Assembly (NCBI GenBank): GCA_001244265.2
Contig: CDLV01000009.1
Span: 1,798,001 to 1,862,000 of the forward strand
Length of the DNA: 64,000 nt
Direction of reading: 5' to 3'
DNA from: Microbotryum violaceum
Taxonomy: Eukaryota
The translations under genes and the position numbers were made by a program. The notes below the pieces were generated by a model, which saw nothing but the letters and a program-made list of their open reading frames with translations, was not told the origin of the DNA and made no database searches. Shown piece by piece: positions 36,984 through 54,444 of this stretch (the first letter of the stretch is position 1; the number at the start of each line of letters is the position of its first letter).

Positions 36984-38178
36984 ATGCCCTATTCGGTCTT
37001 GTTCGTATGCCTAGGGTACGTTATCCCACCTCCTCCTTCGCCCCCTTCTTCCGCTCTCCACCGTTCCCAACCCTCGCCTGCACTAACCCCCTTACCTCCC
37101 CCTCCTTTCACCCAAAAGTAACATCTGTCGCTCCCCCCTTGCCGAAGCCGTCTTTGCGCACTTGGTCCAATCGCGCGGTCTTTCCAATTCATTCGACAAG
37201 ATTGATTCGGCCGGAACGGCGGGCTATCATGTTGGGGAGGAACCGGATGAGAGGTGCGTTACACTTAGCCACACGAGAGGATGGGTTCGGTGGGTAAGAA
37301 GCTGATTTTTTTCGGCGAGGTTGTGGGGTTCGGTCTGATGATGTGATGATGTGGTGGTGGTCGACGGTGTATTTCGATGTGCAATAGGAGCGTGGCGACG
37401 TGTAAGAAGCATGGCGTGCCGATCAATTCGCTGTGTCGGCAATTACAGGTACCACCTACCTGAACTGGTTTTCAACGTTGTCTGTCTGTGATACACACCA
37501 CTACTGACCGATCGCCTTCTTTACCCCTTCGTGGATAGAAATCCGATTTCGACGACTTTGACGTCATCGTCGGTAGTACGTCCTCGGGGCCTCGTCGACT
37601 TCCGTCGTAGATCTACTTTCAAAGACTGACTCTCCCTCCATCGAACTCTCAAAACAGTGGACACCATGAACATGACCAACATTGAAAAGTCAGCCCCCCA
37701 CTCTGACCCAAACCACATATTCGAATCCGAGCAAAAAAGACCGAGAAGAAATCTGATCCTTCACCACTTACTCCAATTCCACTTGCTCTCAGAATCCGAC
37801 CTAAAAACTCGAAAGCCAAAGTATCCCTCTTTGGTGCGTACGGCGACGGCAAGGTCATACAAGATCCTTACTATGTGAGCAATCCCCCGCGGGTGGGGTC
37901 AAATGGGTGATGTGTTGAACAAGATCGACTGAACCCCTTTTTCTTTTTCTTTCTTTTTCGATCCGTAGGGCGGTCCAGGGGGATTCGAAGAGACGTATCA
38001 GCAAGTAAGCCGAACCTTCTTCCAATGACATCCCAACTAAGCCCACCTTAATGAACAACTGTGCTGGTGTCAACATCAGTGCTTGGCCTACAGCGAAGGA
38101 CTCTTGGCCGATCTTGGATTCGGGCAAGATTCGAACGGGTCGGAGTGTGGGAATGGTGGTGGGAGTGGGAGACTGTGA
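36984..38178 (+). CDS. LTP1: Low-molecular-weight protein tyrosine phosphatase (heavily spliced; absent from the ORF track)
   Basis: Spliced: [23 protein letters not shown]...IDSAGTAGYHVGEEPDER...HGVPINSLCRQ...DFDDFDVI...[36 protein letters not shown]-loop and DPYY motif present. Confidence 0.93.
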
Positions 38179-38549
38179 GAGAAGTTGGGATGTAATCTTC
38201 AGAGGAGACGCATCTTTGTATAGAAGTCGGAATGGATCTAGAAATAACAGCCGGACGATATGCGGAGGTGGGGGTCTGTATTTGGCGCATGCAATGAAAT
38301 GTCGACCTTTTTTCCCCAGACTTGGAGTCGTCTGTGTGGCCGACGCATAATACTCGAAGCAGAGACACTGTTCTCACTTCAGAGAGGAGGTAGGCCTACC
38401 TTGAGAACAACCGAAGGTCATTTTCATTGAGTTGGATCCTTATTGACGAAAATCCGATTTCGTTCGGAACGAGTTCACGCGCTATTTATGTTTCCTTTTC
38501 CTTCCTCTCGCTTCCTCCTTTCGCGGAAGCACCGAATTTTATCCACACA

Positions 38550-39936
38550 ATGGTAAGCTCCCTCCCCGCCCAGCGCACTCGCCTTAGGATCCCGCACTGA
38601 TAGCTGAAGCTTATTCTCACTGTGCAGTCCGTGACACTACACACCTCCCTAGGGGAGATCAAGGTCAGTCGAGGAATCAGTCGAGTCACGTGCATTCGTC
38701 GGCGACCGATCCCACTGCCCGTCGCACCTCGTCAGGCTCGTCCTGAACCTAATAAGCTGGATGTGAACCGTATCTACAGATCGAAGTATTTTGCGAGGCC
38801 GTACCTCAAACGGCAGAGGTACGTACGCCAATTAGTCTTTCGTACTTGGACCACGAAGCTGATTTAATCACCTTGTTCTTCCCTCCCCCTCCTCACAACG
38901 CACGCTGCTGCTATCCCTTCGTACCTACCTTGCTCTCGTATAGAACTTTCTCGCCCTCGCCGCTTCGGGCCAATACGATGGTTGCTTATTCCACCGGTAC
39001 GCTCAACCCCCGCAAGCTCACCCTCTCTCTCTCTCTCTCTCTCTCCCCTCCCTCAATCCACCCTAACGCCCTTCCTCCCCTGCTTCCCCCCTCAACAGCA
39101 ACATCAAATCCTTCATGATCCAAACCGGTGACCCGACCGGAACAGGTAAAGGAGGCCAATCGATTTATGGTAAACCTTTCGCGGACGAGGTTCGTTCGAC
39201 CCTTAAATTCAACGCGAGGGGGGTAGTCGCCATGGCTAATTCGGGTCCGGATACGAACAAGTAAGTCGTTGGAGGTGGTTGGGGGTTGAGCTGGGCGTTT
39301 TTTAAGCTGATGATCGTGGTTTCAATCTACATTGCGGATTGAAAGGGCGCAGTTCTTTATCACTTGTCAGTGCCCGCGTTGCTTCGTTGAAGAAGCAGAA
39401 AACCCAGTCGTGCTCAGCCTCCTGCTTATTTTGCAACCGATCAACAGACGCGAAGCAACCCCATCTCGATACAAAGTATTCAATCTTTGGGAGGTACGTC
39501 CAATCCCCCCACCTGGTCGCGTACTCTTATAGGATGGAGGAGTGGGAAAAAAAGTGAAGCTTACATTTCACTGGTCACTCCACTTCCGAAAAACAGGGTC
39601 ATCGATGGTCTGGATACGACGTTGGACGCGATGGTACGTTAACGTTGTTGCACCCCACTTATGAGCTACCCGTTCTTCTTATTCCCTATCTGAATCTGAA
39701 TCATGACAACCACCTTTCATTTAATCACAGGAGCGCGTACCAGTGAATGAAAAAATGCGCCCTACGGTACCTATCAAATTGGAACGAGTACGTCTACCAA
39801 AACTTCCCCCCGAGTCTTCACGAACTCTTTGTAGAGAAAAAAAACAAGAAACTGATCCTTTGATGAGTTGGGACTTGGGGGGTTTGAGTAGGTGGAGGTA
39901 CATGCGAATCCTATAGCGGAAAAGGCGTTGCAGTAG
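38550..39936 (+). CDS. Cyclophilin, PPIL3/Cyp10-like, many small exons
   Basis: [98 protein letters not shown]. Confidence 0.92.
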
Positions 39937-41517
39937 ATTGTGGAGGGTTGGGAGGGGTGGGGTTTCATGAAGGGAGGAGCGGAATAGGGGGGAACCTGTG
40001 CGATGTGTTGTAATATCACCAAAAAAAGTTTCTTATACAGTCGCACAATGTTGTAAAGATCCGGGTTGGAACGTATCGAATCGCCGACTCGGCGCAAACT
40101 TCAGGGGACGATTTAAAGCTCGAGCTTACGCGATCGACAAAATGCCGTGAAGCGCCAAAGATTGAGATCAAAAGACATGTAATCAAATTACACGAGTGAC
40201 AATGAAAGAAAGAAAGAGATGTAAGCCCAGATTAGTGCAAGAGTACCCATGAATATACAAGTCGAAGAGAAGTCCACCTCTTTCTCAACAAAGAAAAAAA
40301 AGACGGTTTTCAAATCTCGGGTTAATTGAGTGGAAAGGGCTTTAATCAAAACATCCCCCCAAAAGAAACCCCTTCCCTTCCTTCGATAAGGGAGGGAAAG
40401 AAAGAAAACTTGGGGGGGGAAGGATATCGTTCTTTCGCAACAGCTTCGTTAAGGCGGGGTCTCCGTGGGCCGTTCAATCAAGGACGGGTGTTTCGTACAA
40501 CGAAACGAGAGGGAGTGCCAAGGCAGAGGGCGAAGTAGAGATGGGGGGTCTGGGGTTGAACACAGTAGGTCTAAGTTGGTTTGTATGGAGCGTACACCGA
40601 GGACTGGGGAGCCGCAAGGCAGAAGAGACCGAGGGCGACGACGGCCCCAGGCAGGAAAAACGGCGACCAGGCTCGGGACAGCCGTACCAAGAACACGCGG
40701 CTCGTAGATCAGATGGGTAGAATAGCGGTATGAACACGCGTTAGGAAGACAGCGGGAAGGGGTGGTGCCCGTGTTGCAGCGTACCGCAAGATCGACGGTG
40801 ACGGCAGCAAGTGGTGCGAAGGAGAATAAGCCGCGCCTGCACACGTCGCGCGATGTCGTTTTCAGCCGCCGAAGCGAAAGCCGCTGAGCACGGACCGCTC
40901 GGAATCGAATTTGACCTGCAGGCTGCAGTGCGACGCAGATGGTGGTGCCGAGATCACTTGCGGCAGTGGCACAGTCGTTGTTGGACATCCGAAGATTGAT
41001 GTCCGCTCGGCTGTATCAACACTTCAAAATAGCAAAGATGCACAGCGTTCCGCACCAGCGCTGAGGAAAACGCAACCACATATGCATTTGTTAAAACAGG
41101 AGTTGCCATGGGTAAAACAAGCCCGTCTTCGCCGTCGCTGACGCACAAATGCGCACTGCCCACCGTCACAGTTCTCGAGGTCCCTGCCGCCCAATCGCCG
41201 ATGCAAACTGGCTTCAAGTCAAATAGGCACCACGAGACCGAGTTGGGGATCGTGGGGGCATCGTTTGAGATCGCAGGCGCGGCACGCTGCCCGTGGAAAA
41301 GACAGGGGTCAGTGTCAGCCGTCAAGTTTATAATGCGGAAGCACGTCATCTTTACCTGCAGACAAAGCAGTCGAACAACCTGCTCCAACCTACTACGACG
41401 CCGCGCAGTGCACGGTGGGGCTTGATGATTCTCAGTTGAGTTTCTGCGCTTCAGCTCCTAGATTTGCGCCGGAGATTCTATCATCGCGTCTCGACGACAG
41501 ATTCTTCCTCACTCGGT

Positions 41518-42252
41518 TCACCCTACGACATGGCCCCCTTCCTTCATCCTTCTCAACGTGACACTAATCCTAAGCCCTCTCTTCCTCTCCTCCCCCTCGA
41601 TCCAATCCGAATCCCGATACTGGATCCCATGCGTCCAAGCGTACCGACTCTTCCCCGACAAGATGTACACGTCCCCCGGTCTCAAAACCAACTCAAACTT
41701 GTTCTCGGAATCGCATGTCGAAACAAAATCCATTACGGTCGTCCCGAGTAATGAGATGCCTAGGATGACGCTCGAATACCGGTGCGGTAGATCGACGTGA
41801 GGCGCGATTCCCATTCCGGGTCGGTAGAGGTTGATGATAGCTTGTCGATCATGTTCATGATCAGGTCGGTCCAACAAGTCTTCTAGTACCTCGGTAGGGA
41901 GACCATAAGTGGGTATGTCGGCGTTGAGACGGTGCAGGAGTGGATCGAGAGCGGATGGGAGATGCGCGAAGTACATGAGTTGGTTCTGCTTCACCGTCAG
42001 GGGTAACGTGGTGGTGATATTGTGTACCAAGAGGGTTTGTAGTTCGATTGGGATCGCCTGGGGAAAGTGAAATAAACCCTCGGGGGCCGCACGCGGTGAT
42101 ACGGTGGATGATCTGTCCCCGCGGCATGACCGCAGCGGTGGGGCGGCAGTGCGAGAATGTGCGAACCCCTGTGATCGCGAGGGGCCAGCAATTGCGTCGT
42201 CGAGCTCATTATCGGATTCTGAATCGGAGCCGAATAACGACGATCCAGCCAT
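41518..42252 (-). CDS. AlkB-family 2OG-Fe(II) dioxygenase (single exon)
   Basis: NLYRPGMGIAPHVD (HxD), ILGISLL, SRYAWTHGI (distal H), RISVTLR (RxxxxxR). Confidence 0.9.
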   Translation of the reverse strand: MAGSSLFGSDSESDNELDDAIAGPSRSQGFAHSRTAAPPLRSCRGDRSSTVSPRAAPEGLFHFPQAIPIELQTLLVHNITTTLPLTVKQNQLMYFAHLPSALDPLLHRLNADIPTYGLPTEVLEDLLDRPDHEHDRQAIINLYRPGMGIAPHVDLPHRYSSVILGISLLGTTVMDFVSTCDSENKFELVLRPGDVYILSGKSRYAWTHGIQYRDSDWIEGEERKRGLRISVTLRRMKEGGHVVG

Positions 42253-42725
42253 TCCGAGCTGACGATGGGGTTCGTCTTGATGACCAGAGTACGATAATGA
42301 AGCGCCGAGTTAAAGCTCGGTGTTAGGCATTAGGCCCCAGTGCCCAGCTGCAGCTTACGGCGGGGCATCGGGCATCCAGCCGTAACGGAAGAGGCTACCG
42401 AGGGTCGATATTGGTCAATGACGTTGCCCGCGCGATGGCCGAGGGATCCTCGAAGTCGGCTCACTACTCGGGGCTTCTCTACGTCGTGTTGCTTCACCAA
42501 CCACTTGGCACTCGACGCTTCTCTTCTTCCTGCACTCTACAACTTCCGATCACCGCCCTCAAGGTTCAGCTCATCGTTCTTCAACCCGCGCCAGCTCCTC
42601 GCGAGACGATCACCTTGCGATCGACCCCGTTCTTGACCAGCGAAGCTCCTCCCTTCCCGACAACGAGGCCCACGAACATCATTGCCGTTCTACTTAACCT
42701 CCTCCCTCGCTAGCACACCACCACT

Positions 42726-44345
42726 ATGTCACCCGTCACTGTGTTGGACCAGTATTACTTGGCGATCACGTTCCTCATCTCGCTCGGACTGCAAGGCGCG
42801 CTCTTTGCGATCTGTTTCATTTTCCAGACCGACAAGGTGTACGTTTTCACGCTTCGCAAGTAGAAGTACGCTGAATTTCCACCTTGTCATACCACGTTCC
42901 TGCTTCTTTCGTCACACCTCACGGTGTCGTGGTCTCGATCATCCCGCCGCCCGATCCCTCCTCCCGCCCTCTCGCACTCGCAGGACCGATCTCGGAGGTT
43001 CCATCAACTTCTTCATTCTCGCCCTATTCACCCTCCTCGCCGGTAACACTTACTATGCTCGCAACATCGTCGCATCGTAAGTGCACATTAAGAGAACCCG
43101 CTTTTCAAACCTCAATCAGCAAATTTTGACCATGAGTCTCCTCCGCACCTGGTTAACAGCGTCTACGTCATGGTCTGGTCATTCCGCTTGGGGGCGTTCC
43201 TCTTTTACCGTGTGATGAAGACGGGCAAGGATGGTCGATTCGACGAGATGCGATCGGCCGTCACCAAGCTCGGAGGGTTCTTCCTTTTCCAGCTCTTCGT
43301 AAGTCTCGACCTTGTACCGGTGCTTGTACGAGTGAGGACTGACTAGCGGGCCTATCTTTGCGCGACAGTGGTGCTGGACGGTGTCTTTGCCATGTGAGAT
43401 ATCCTATTTTACCAAAATTATTACTGGCCATGCCGCTTACTCCGAGCGCCTTCCCCATCACAGTGACCATCCTCAATTCGCCGGCCGTTTCGGATCCGGC
43501 CCGCGGTGGAGGAAACGTCAAATTCGGTACAGCCAGTGTGAGTCTGACAACTCGTCTATACCTCTTTCACTCCGTTCAACTCTGACCAAAGTTGCTCTTT
43601 GTTCTTGCACAGGATATCATCGGTATCATCCTTTGGGTCGTCGGCTATACTTTGGAGGTTATGGCCGACCAACAAAAATTCACCTTCAAGTTCAACAACT
43701 CGCAAAAGGGTGCCATCAACGATAAAGGTGTTTGGGTAGGTCGATCGGACAATTTTCCATGTTTTGAGACAGTTTGTTTTGACGCCTTGAGTTTTTGGCT
43801 TTTCAATTCGCTCACAGGGCTGGTCACGACACCCCAACTACGCCGGCGAGATCATCCTCTGGTGGGGCATGTACGCTCTCTGTATTGCACCCGCAACTCA
43901 CGGCGTTGCTTCTTCCGGCGGACGCAATGCCTTGATCGCCTCCGTGGTGGGCCCCATTTTCATCTCGCGTAGGTCCTCCTCATGGGCGCTCGTCGACGTG
44001 TAAAGACCGGCTCGAGCTAACTTTTTTTTCTGTTTAATGCGCGCTTCAGTCCTGCTTTACTTCGTATCCGGTCTTCCTCAATCCGAAAAGCCGACCCAAA
44101 AGAAATACTACCTCATGTCGCACGGGGTGGACCCGGAATCCGGTGACAAATGGGCCGAATACAAAGCGTACCTCAATCGCACTTCGATCCTCTTTCCCCT
44201 CCCACCGGCTCTGTACCGGCCTTTGCCCAAGTGGGTCAAGCAAACCATTCTGCTTGATGCACCTATGTATAGGTTCGATGAACACAAAGAAGGGAAGGAA
44301 GCCGTTGAGGAACAGAGGAAGAAGATGGCGCAGAGCGATAATTGA
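42726..44345 (+). CDS. DUF1295 / steroid 5-alpha-reductase-like membrane protein (multi-exon)
   Basis: GAFLFYRVMKTGKDGRFDEMR, EVMADQQKFTFK, WSRHPNYAGEIILWWG, FVSGLPQSEKP, YLNRTSILFPLPP. Confidence 0.9.
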
Positions 44346-46121
44346 TCATACGCATGTAGAGAGGCGGTGATCGGCCCACTCTCTCGTTTGTACATATAAT
44401 AAAGTACACCTCTTGATGTACTTCGTGTACTGATATGAAATAAACCAGTCAATTCGCCGCATAGCCGCCACACTGGTTTCGCGGCTCCAGTCAGTCTTCA
44501 TGCGAAAGCGAATGAAGACGGAGAAATGGAGGAAGTGTGATTCAGGTGCAAGCTAATCAACAAGCAGCCAGCCTCCCTACAATTTCCTTACAAGTGGCTG
44601 CTGAGCGCTCCTGGGAGGCCTGTGGGAGGGGCCAATCCCTCACAAAATATAGAACCCGTTCGGCCGATGGCCCGGAGAGATCAAAATAGGGGAGAGCGAC
44701 AGTGACACTTGCACCGCGCGGCAGTGCTTTCACTCAAGTACTTTGAGGGTGTTAGATTCGTAATTCTTCGTTGGTGAAGTGATGAGAGTGTGTCGAAAAG
44801 GCGCACGGTCGTAAAGTCCGAAAAGGCGAGTTACCAGTTGGCGGAGAAGAGAAGCAACGCTACGGAAAGACTCCCGCGCGCCCCGCGCCGACCGCACTCC
44901 CTACTTCCCTAACACGGATAACAGTCCATGTCTAGAATACCCTGATGGGCCAAACGCCCAGATACAAAGAAAGACAAAAAGGTATCCTTCTGCACCGAGT
45001 GGAACATTTTGTCAAGTACCGTACCTAGGTTGCATGGCCGAAATGTGAGGGATGCCAAATCGTCACTATGTGTAAAGCCGCAGGCCTTACAAAGGATCGC
45101 GAGTACTGACAGGCCGATCGTTCTTGTAGTGGTTGTTCAGTCGAAACGTATTGTAGACGCCGTTTTGTTGTTTCAGGATTGGTTCGAATAAATGTGATCT
45201 TCTGGGCCAGAGAGAGGACTGAGACTGAACTGAACAAAAAGGGGAAACCGGCTAATACTGATGTCCGGTCCGGCGTATTTTGGCCAGGTTCAGTGCTTGG
45301 TCTTGTGTGTGCGAGGCCCGAGAGACAGGCCTCGCAGTCTGAATTAGCGCTCGGCATCTCTTCTTTAGTGGCACGTCCAATCCAGGCCACATGGACTAGT
45401 ATGCGGTGTCAGGCGGCGCGGCCGCGTTGACCAGGAGCTCGGGGCTTGTCGGGAAAGCACGGTCAGATGTAATACCCCAGGCCCTTCACGACTAGGTTAC
45501 ACAGTCCAAAAGACTGACAATTTCAATAGATGTATATTGAAATCAGAAGGGTAGTAAAATAGCGTAAGGCAACCGAGCCTTACATCAGATGCACGTGCAA
45601 GGCTGGCCCGGCAGTCGGCTGAGATGCAGCGATGACGTACCGCATCGCAACGGCTGACTCCAACACTTTCGCATCGCACCCGGCCCGTTACAAGTGCCCG
45701 CTGTTTCTACCACCTCGAGCCAACATGACTCCTCTCCCGCGCCGCTTATGGTGTTGATCAGGGTCCCGAGCCCGACCTTTGCGCTGTTTGGGCAAGCGAG
45801 CCTGGGCCGCGAGCCTAGCTGACCGAAGCCGAACCGTTGATAGGGGCCACCGTTCATGTTTAGGAGCTGGCCGCGTGGGAAGGCATCCGAGCAGTAAGAA
45901 GAGCATGACTTCAAATAGAAAGCTACCCCTGGCTAAGGCTGCGCTCCATTTTCAGCACCTGTTGCAGCCAACCACCAATATGGCATAGGTTCTTGCAGTA
46001 AGACTGGGCATGGGTGGTTCTGTCTGTTGTTGTAGGAGCGTCTTAGTTACGTGATGTCGATGGATGACCTATTGTGAGATAGTGGGTCGCTAAAGGTCAA
46101 TCGACTGTAACAGAGCGACTA

Positions 46122-50417
<4,296 letters not shown>

Positions 50418-50458
50418 TTATTGTAGGAGCGTCTCTAGTTACGTGACGTCGATGGATG

Positions 50459-50872
<414 letters not shown>

Positions 50873-51019
50873 CTAATTTCCCACAACACTGTCGCAAGCC
50901 GACGAGTCCCACACTCTTGGCCTAGTCAGTGGGGCTTAAATGCTTCTCCTCCCACTTTTCCTATATTTTTCAGGACTTAATACCTTAATACAATTAGATG
51001 AATAAATATCGCCACAGAT

Positions 51020-51128
51020 CTTGTACATGACTTCTGATCGGAACATGTACACCACAGGCATGTGCAGCATACACCACAGTATGCTGGTACATTTTCCACA
51101 GCCGGCCCCGAAGAAAGGCAATAGCTAG
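51020..51128 (+). repeat. Dispersed copy of the Helitron-associated module (homologous to 3212-3316 minus and ~2987-3085 plus)
   Basis: cttgtacatgacttctgatcggaacatg.acaccacaggca.gtgc.gca.acac.acagtatg.tggta shared; ends ...ctag|t like the 3212 copy. Confidence 0.9.
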
Positions 51129-52263
51129 TCACAGAACTGAGGAGCTAAGTCAGAGGAGGCGGTAAACACCAGAAAAGGTCTTAAGCAAAAGTCCGAGAGT
51201 CGAGAGCGAGAAAAGGGTCTGAGAGTCGAGGGCATAGCGTGGGAAACGAAGAGGGAAACGGGCAGACAGGGCAAAGCGCAGGTTGCCCGGAGTTCAGAGT
51301 CGGCAGTGACGAAATCGTCCTCCTGACAACGGAGTCGTCTTGGAGGATCTGGCGCCTCTTGTGCTCTCCCTTATATCATGTAGCAAGGTCACCCATTTCC
51401 AGTCGTTGCTATTCTCCTCATCTAACCTTACTCTTTAAGAACCCATCCCTCGTACCATGCTACTCCTGTGGTCGCGTTTGGCCGCGCTCGCTCTCCTGGC
51501 GAGTTTGGCGTCGTGTAGCCCCGTTTCCTCCTCGCGTTCAAGGCCGCGCCGTTCCAGCATCTCAGCCTCGATCGGATACGTCGCGATGATTCATCGCTGA
51601 AGCGCGGGCCCTCACTGTGTTGACCCGGCGTCTCGCCTTGCGCCGTGTCATGGCATTAATTCTAACTGCTACTTGCCTGTTTCGTCCAAGACCTAAGCAG
51701 TGGATCGCCGGATTGCTCGCCGGGTCGGAGTGTTTTTCAAGTTGGGAGGCGCTGGTCGACTTCGCCCCGCCAGCAAACGAGTCCGGCAGGGCCCTCGAGG
51801 GGCTTTGTAAGGGGTCTCTAACCTTGCTCCATCCTACCGCACTGAACAAATACATACTCCCGTGTCGGCAATCGCACTCACGCTGTTCCCGAATGCGGGT
51901 CTCGGAAGCCCGGTGACTCTGGCGGCTGGATGTCTTTGAAACGAATTCTGAGCTCTTTGGCGCCGATGACCTCTTGCCAGAGGGTTCAAGTTGCAGGACC
52001 TTCGCCCACTACGTCCTAAAGCCCACTGATGTGATTTAATTTGAGAACCATCACACCGGGGTTCTGCGAGACCTATCATCAACGATCGCGATGCGCAGCG
52101 AAGCCTTTCCTTTCTTTTGAGCAAGGGCAACACTCCAAAGCTGGCTGCATGTGCTTATACGATCAGACCTCTGCGCATTCCAAGTACGAATTACAACATC
52201 CCGCCACAATAAATCAACCCCCACTCTGAGGTCCCTCAACTGCAACTGGGGGCCTGTGCCTCT

Positions 52264-52888
52264 TCATCCCGACCCCGAGCCTCCCGCAGCACCACCCAAC
52301 AACCTCTGCAACTCGGCGAATTCGCTCGCCGAGAGCTGTCCCTGCTGGGGCATCGCCATCGAACCCCCTGATGGGGGTACGCCGTACATCTGGTGTTGTT
52401 GTTGTTGTTGTTGTTGCTGTTGCGCAGCCAAGAACTGGTTGATGTTGAATTGCGGCGTGGCAAACATCCCCGCTTGTGCTTGTTGCTGCTGCTGTTGCTG
52501 CTGCTTTTGCTGCTGCTGTTGCTGCTGCTTTTGCTGCTGCTGATGTTGCAGCTGCTGTTGTTGTAAGATATGTTGCTGTTGCTGCTGCTGCTGCTGCTGT
52601 TGCTGTTGCTGTTGTTGCTGCGCTTGGAGCTGAGCTGCATTCGTCGGTACAATCGGTAGAGGTCTCGATACTTGCGGAGAAGTCTTCGATTTCCCCCTCA
52701 CCCCTGAAGGACGTCGACACAGTTCTCAGCCGCGAGCCCGCCCATCGCAACGAACAAATCATCAACTTGACGAAGCAAGGCATTTCCGTTTCACCGACCC
52801 TCGACTTCAATTCAACTTCGATCCTGTCCAGACGCTTCTCCCACGAGGTCCTCCCGGCCATCGCCCTTTGTTCGCCAGGCGCGACCTA
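52264..52888 (-). pseudogene. Orphan 3' exons of a glutamine-rich protein gene
   Basis: ...SWEKRLDRIEVELKSRV, an intron, then VRGKSKTSPQ...polyQ tracts...EFAELQRLLGG...*. No upstream exons are visible before the next fragment. Confidence 0.5.
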
Positions 52889-53053
52889 CAGCCCCGGAGA
52901 CAAATTCCTTATTAAGTGGAACAAGTCTTTGTTATACACACAAGCCGATATCTGGATATAATACAGCGGAAAAAAAGCTTCAGCACAAAGTGTAGTTCCT
53001 CCCGTCATGGAGGCAATGACCACGACGACGATAACGCGAGCCTTGAACTCCCT

Positions 53054-53830
53054 TCACTTCCTCCGACGTTTCTTCAATCTTTCCAAGGTCTGTTTGTCTG
53101 TTCCAAGAGACATCCAAGATCAACAAGAGAGGATGAGCGGAACGCAAAACACGGTGGCCAGTCACCTAGTCATCCGTTGCCTTCTCCCTTCGCATCGGTC
53201 GCTTCGCCTTCGCAGCGTTGGCGTTGGCGCCCCCCGCCGCGCCTTATTTCTTCTTGCCCGTGTCCTTTGGCGCGCCGAAACGGCCGTACTATCTGACCCG
53301 CTGTCGCCTCTTCTAACGCGTCCGCTTCAGAGTCGATCGATTTGTGAGGTCGAAAGATTGTTGCACGCATGTCCGCAGCACTGAAGAGCAAGTCAGTTGA
53401 CCACCTCGAAAACGGGATTTGTCAGGGAATGAGCTTACATCGTTCGGCGAAGAATGCCTCTTGTTCAACTTTGAAGGCGTTGCGGCGCTTCTCGAAGAGT
53501 GCGCGTTTGGCCTTCTCGGTTGCTCCAATGTTTTTGAGCTGAGTGCTGTTAATGGAGAAGCGAGGGGCAAGGCAGTTTCGTGTTCCACCCGAGCCAAAGA
53601 ATTCAACTTACAACCCAGTTGTGAAGCGGAGCAAGTGAACTCGATACCCAGGTCAACCTTGGGGACCACGCTCAACATAGTTGCTGAAAGCTGCAAATTT
53701 CCATCCTTCTTCTTCTTCTTCTTCTTCTTCTTCTTCTTCTTCTTCTTCTTCTTCTTCTTCTTCTTCTTCTTCTTCTGCTTCGCGATCTGGTACCGCTCGT
53801 CCCTCGGGTCCAAGGCGCGGGTCGACAAGT
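53054..53830 (-). pseudogene. Partial Tls1/C9orf78 (HCA59)-like pseudogene with (AAG)23 expansion
   Basis: LDPRDERYQIA..K23..DGNLQLSATMLSVVPKVDLGID, TQLKNIGATEKAKR, RREKATDD*, TLERLKKRRRK* resemble the family motifs PEVDLG, NIExTExAK and ATDD..ExFKK. Premature TAG at 53166-53168, a frameshift, and no 5' half. Confidence 0.75.
53706..53774. repeat. Perfect (CTT)23 microsatellite
   Basis: 23 uninterrupted units. Confidence 0.98.
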
Positions 53831-54444
53831 CAGCGCAGGCGAGTATTCTGAGTACTGATAGGATCCGCGCTTTCCGAGCAATGTCGTCTTATCTTGGAGC
53901 TCCCCTCTAAACAAAATTTTAAAGAAACAGCCTTGTTGGTCTCTTTTCTGCCCTTCCCGTTAGTTACGGGATGCCGGATTGCATGCATACTGCAAATTGA
54001 CTCGTTCCCGCTACTTGGTCCGCACGGTGCTGTACAAGTGACCGGCATACGCCTTGCAGTCAGGGCAGAATGGAGATCCCAAGTGATGATTTTCACGGCC
54101 TGTTCTCTAGTGGAATCTGATGATGACCACGACTCAGTCCAATGAACAGGGACGAGAACAGAGTGGCCAGAGACTAAGGGACAGACTCGTGGAAGGCTAA
54201 CTAGTAAAGCGCTGCAATAATAGAGGGACTAAGGAGGGAGATTGAGATACCAACGGGCCAAATGAAGGCACGTTGGGCTCAATCCCAAGAACCAACTTAG
54301 ATGTTGTGATCGGATGAGGACGGTGAAACCAGCTATCCTTGACAATGATAAGTACAATATTGTCATACTCCCTTTTGACCGTATTGGTATAGACAACACG
54401 GATGAAATGCAACACGATTGTCGTACTTTGAAACTCTCCAACAG

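Noticed and set aside
40449..41425. ORFs of 105-179 aa between the cyclophilin and AlkB genes
   Set aside because: No motifs or coherent exon chain; a non-coding transcript is possible but unsupported.
52151..52961. Poly-Cys, poly-Ala and poly-Ser ORFs
   Set aside because: Alternative frames of the CAG/CAA tract; only the polyQ frame has a plausible splice structure.
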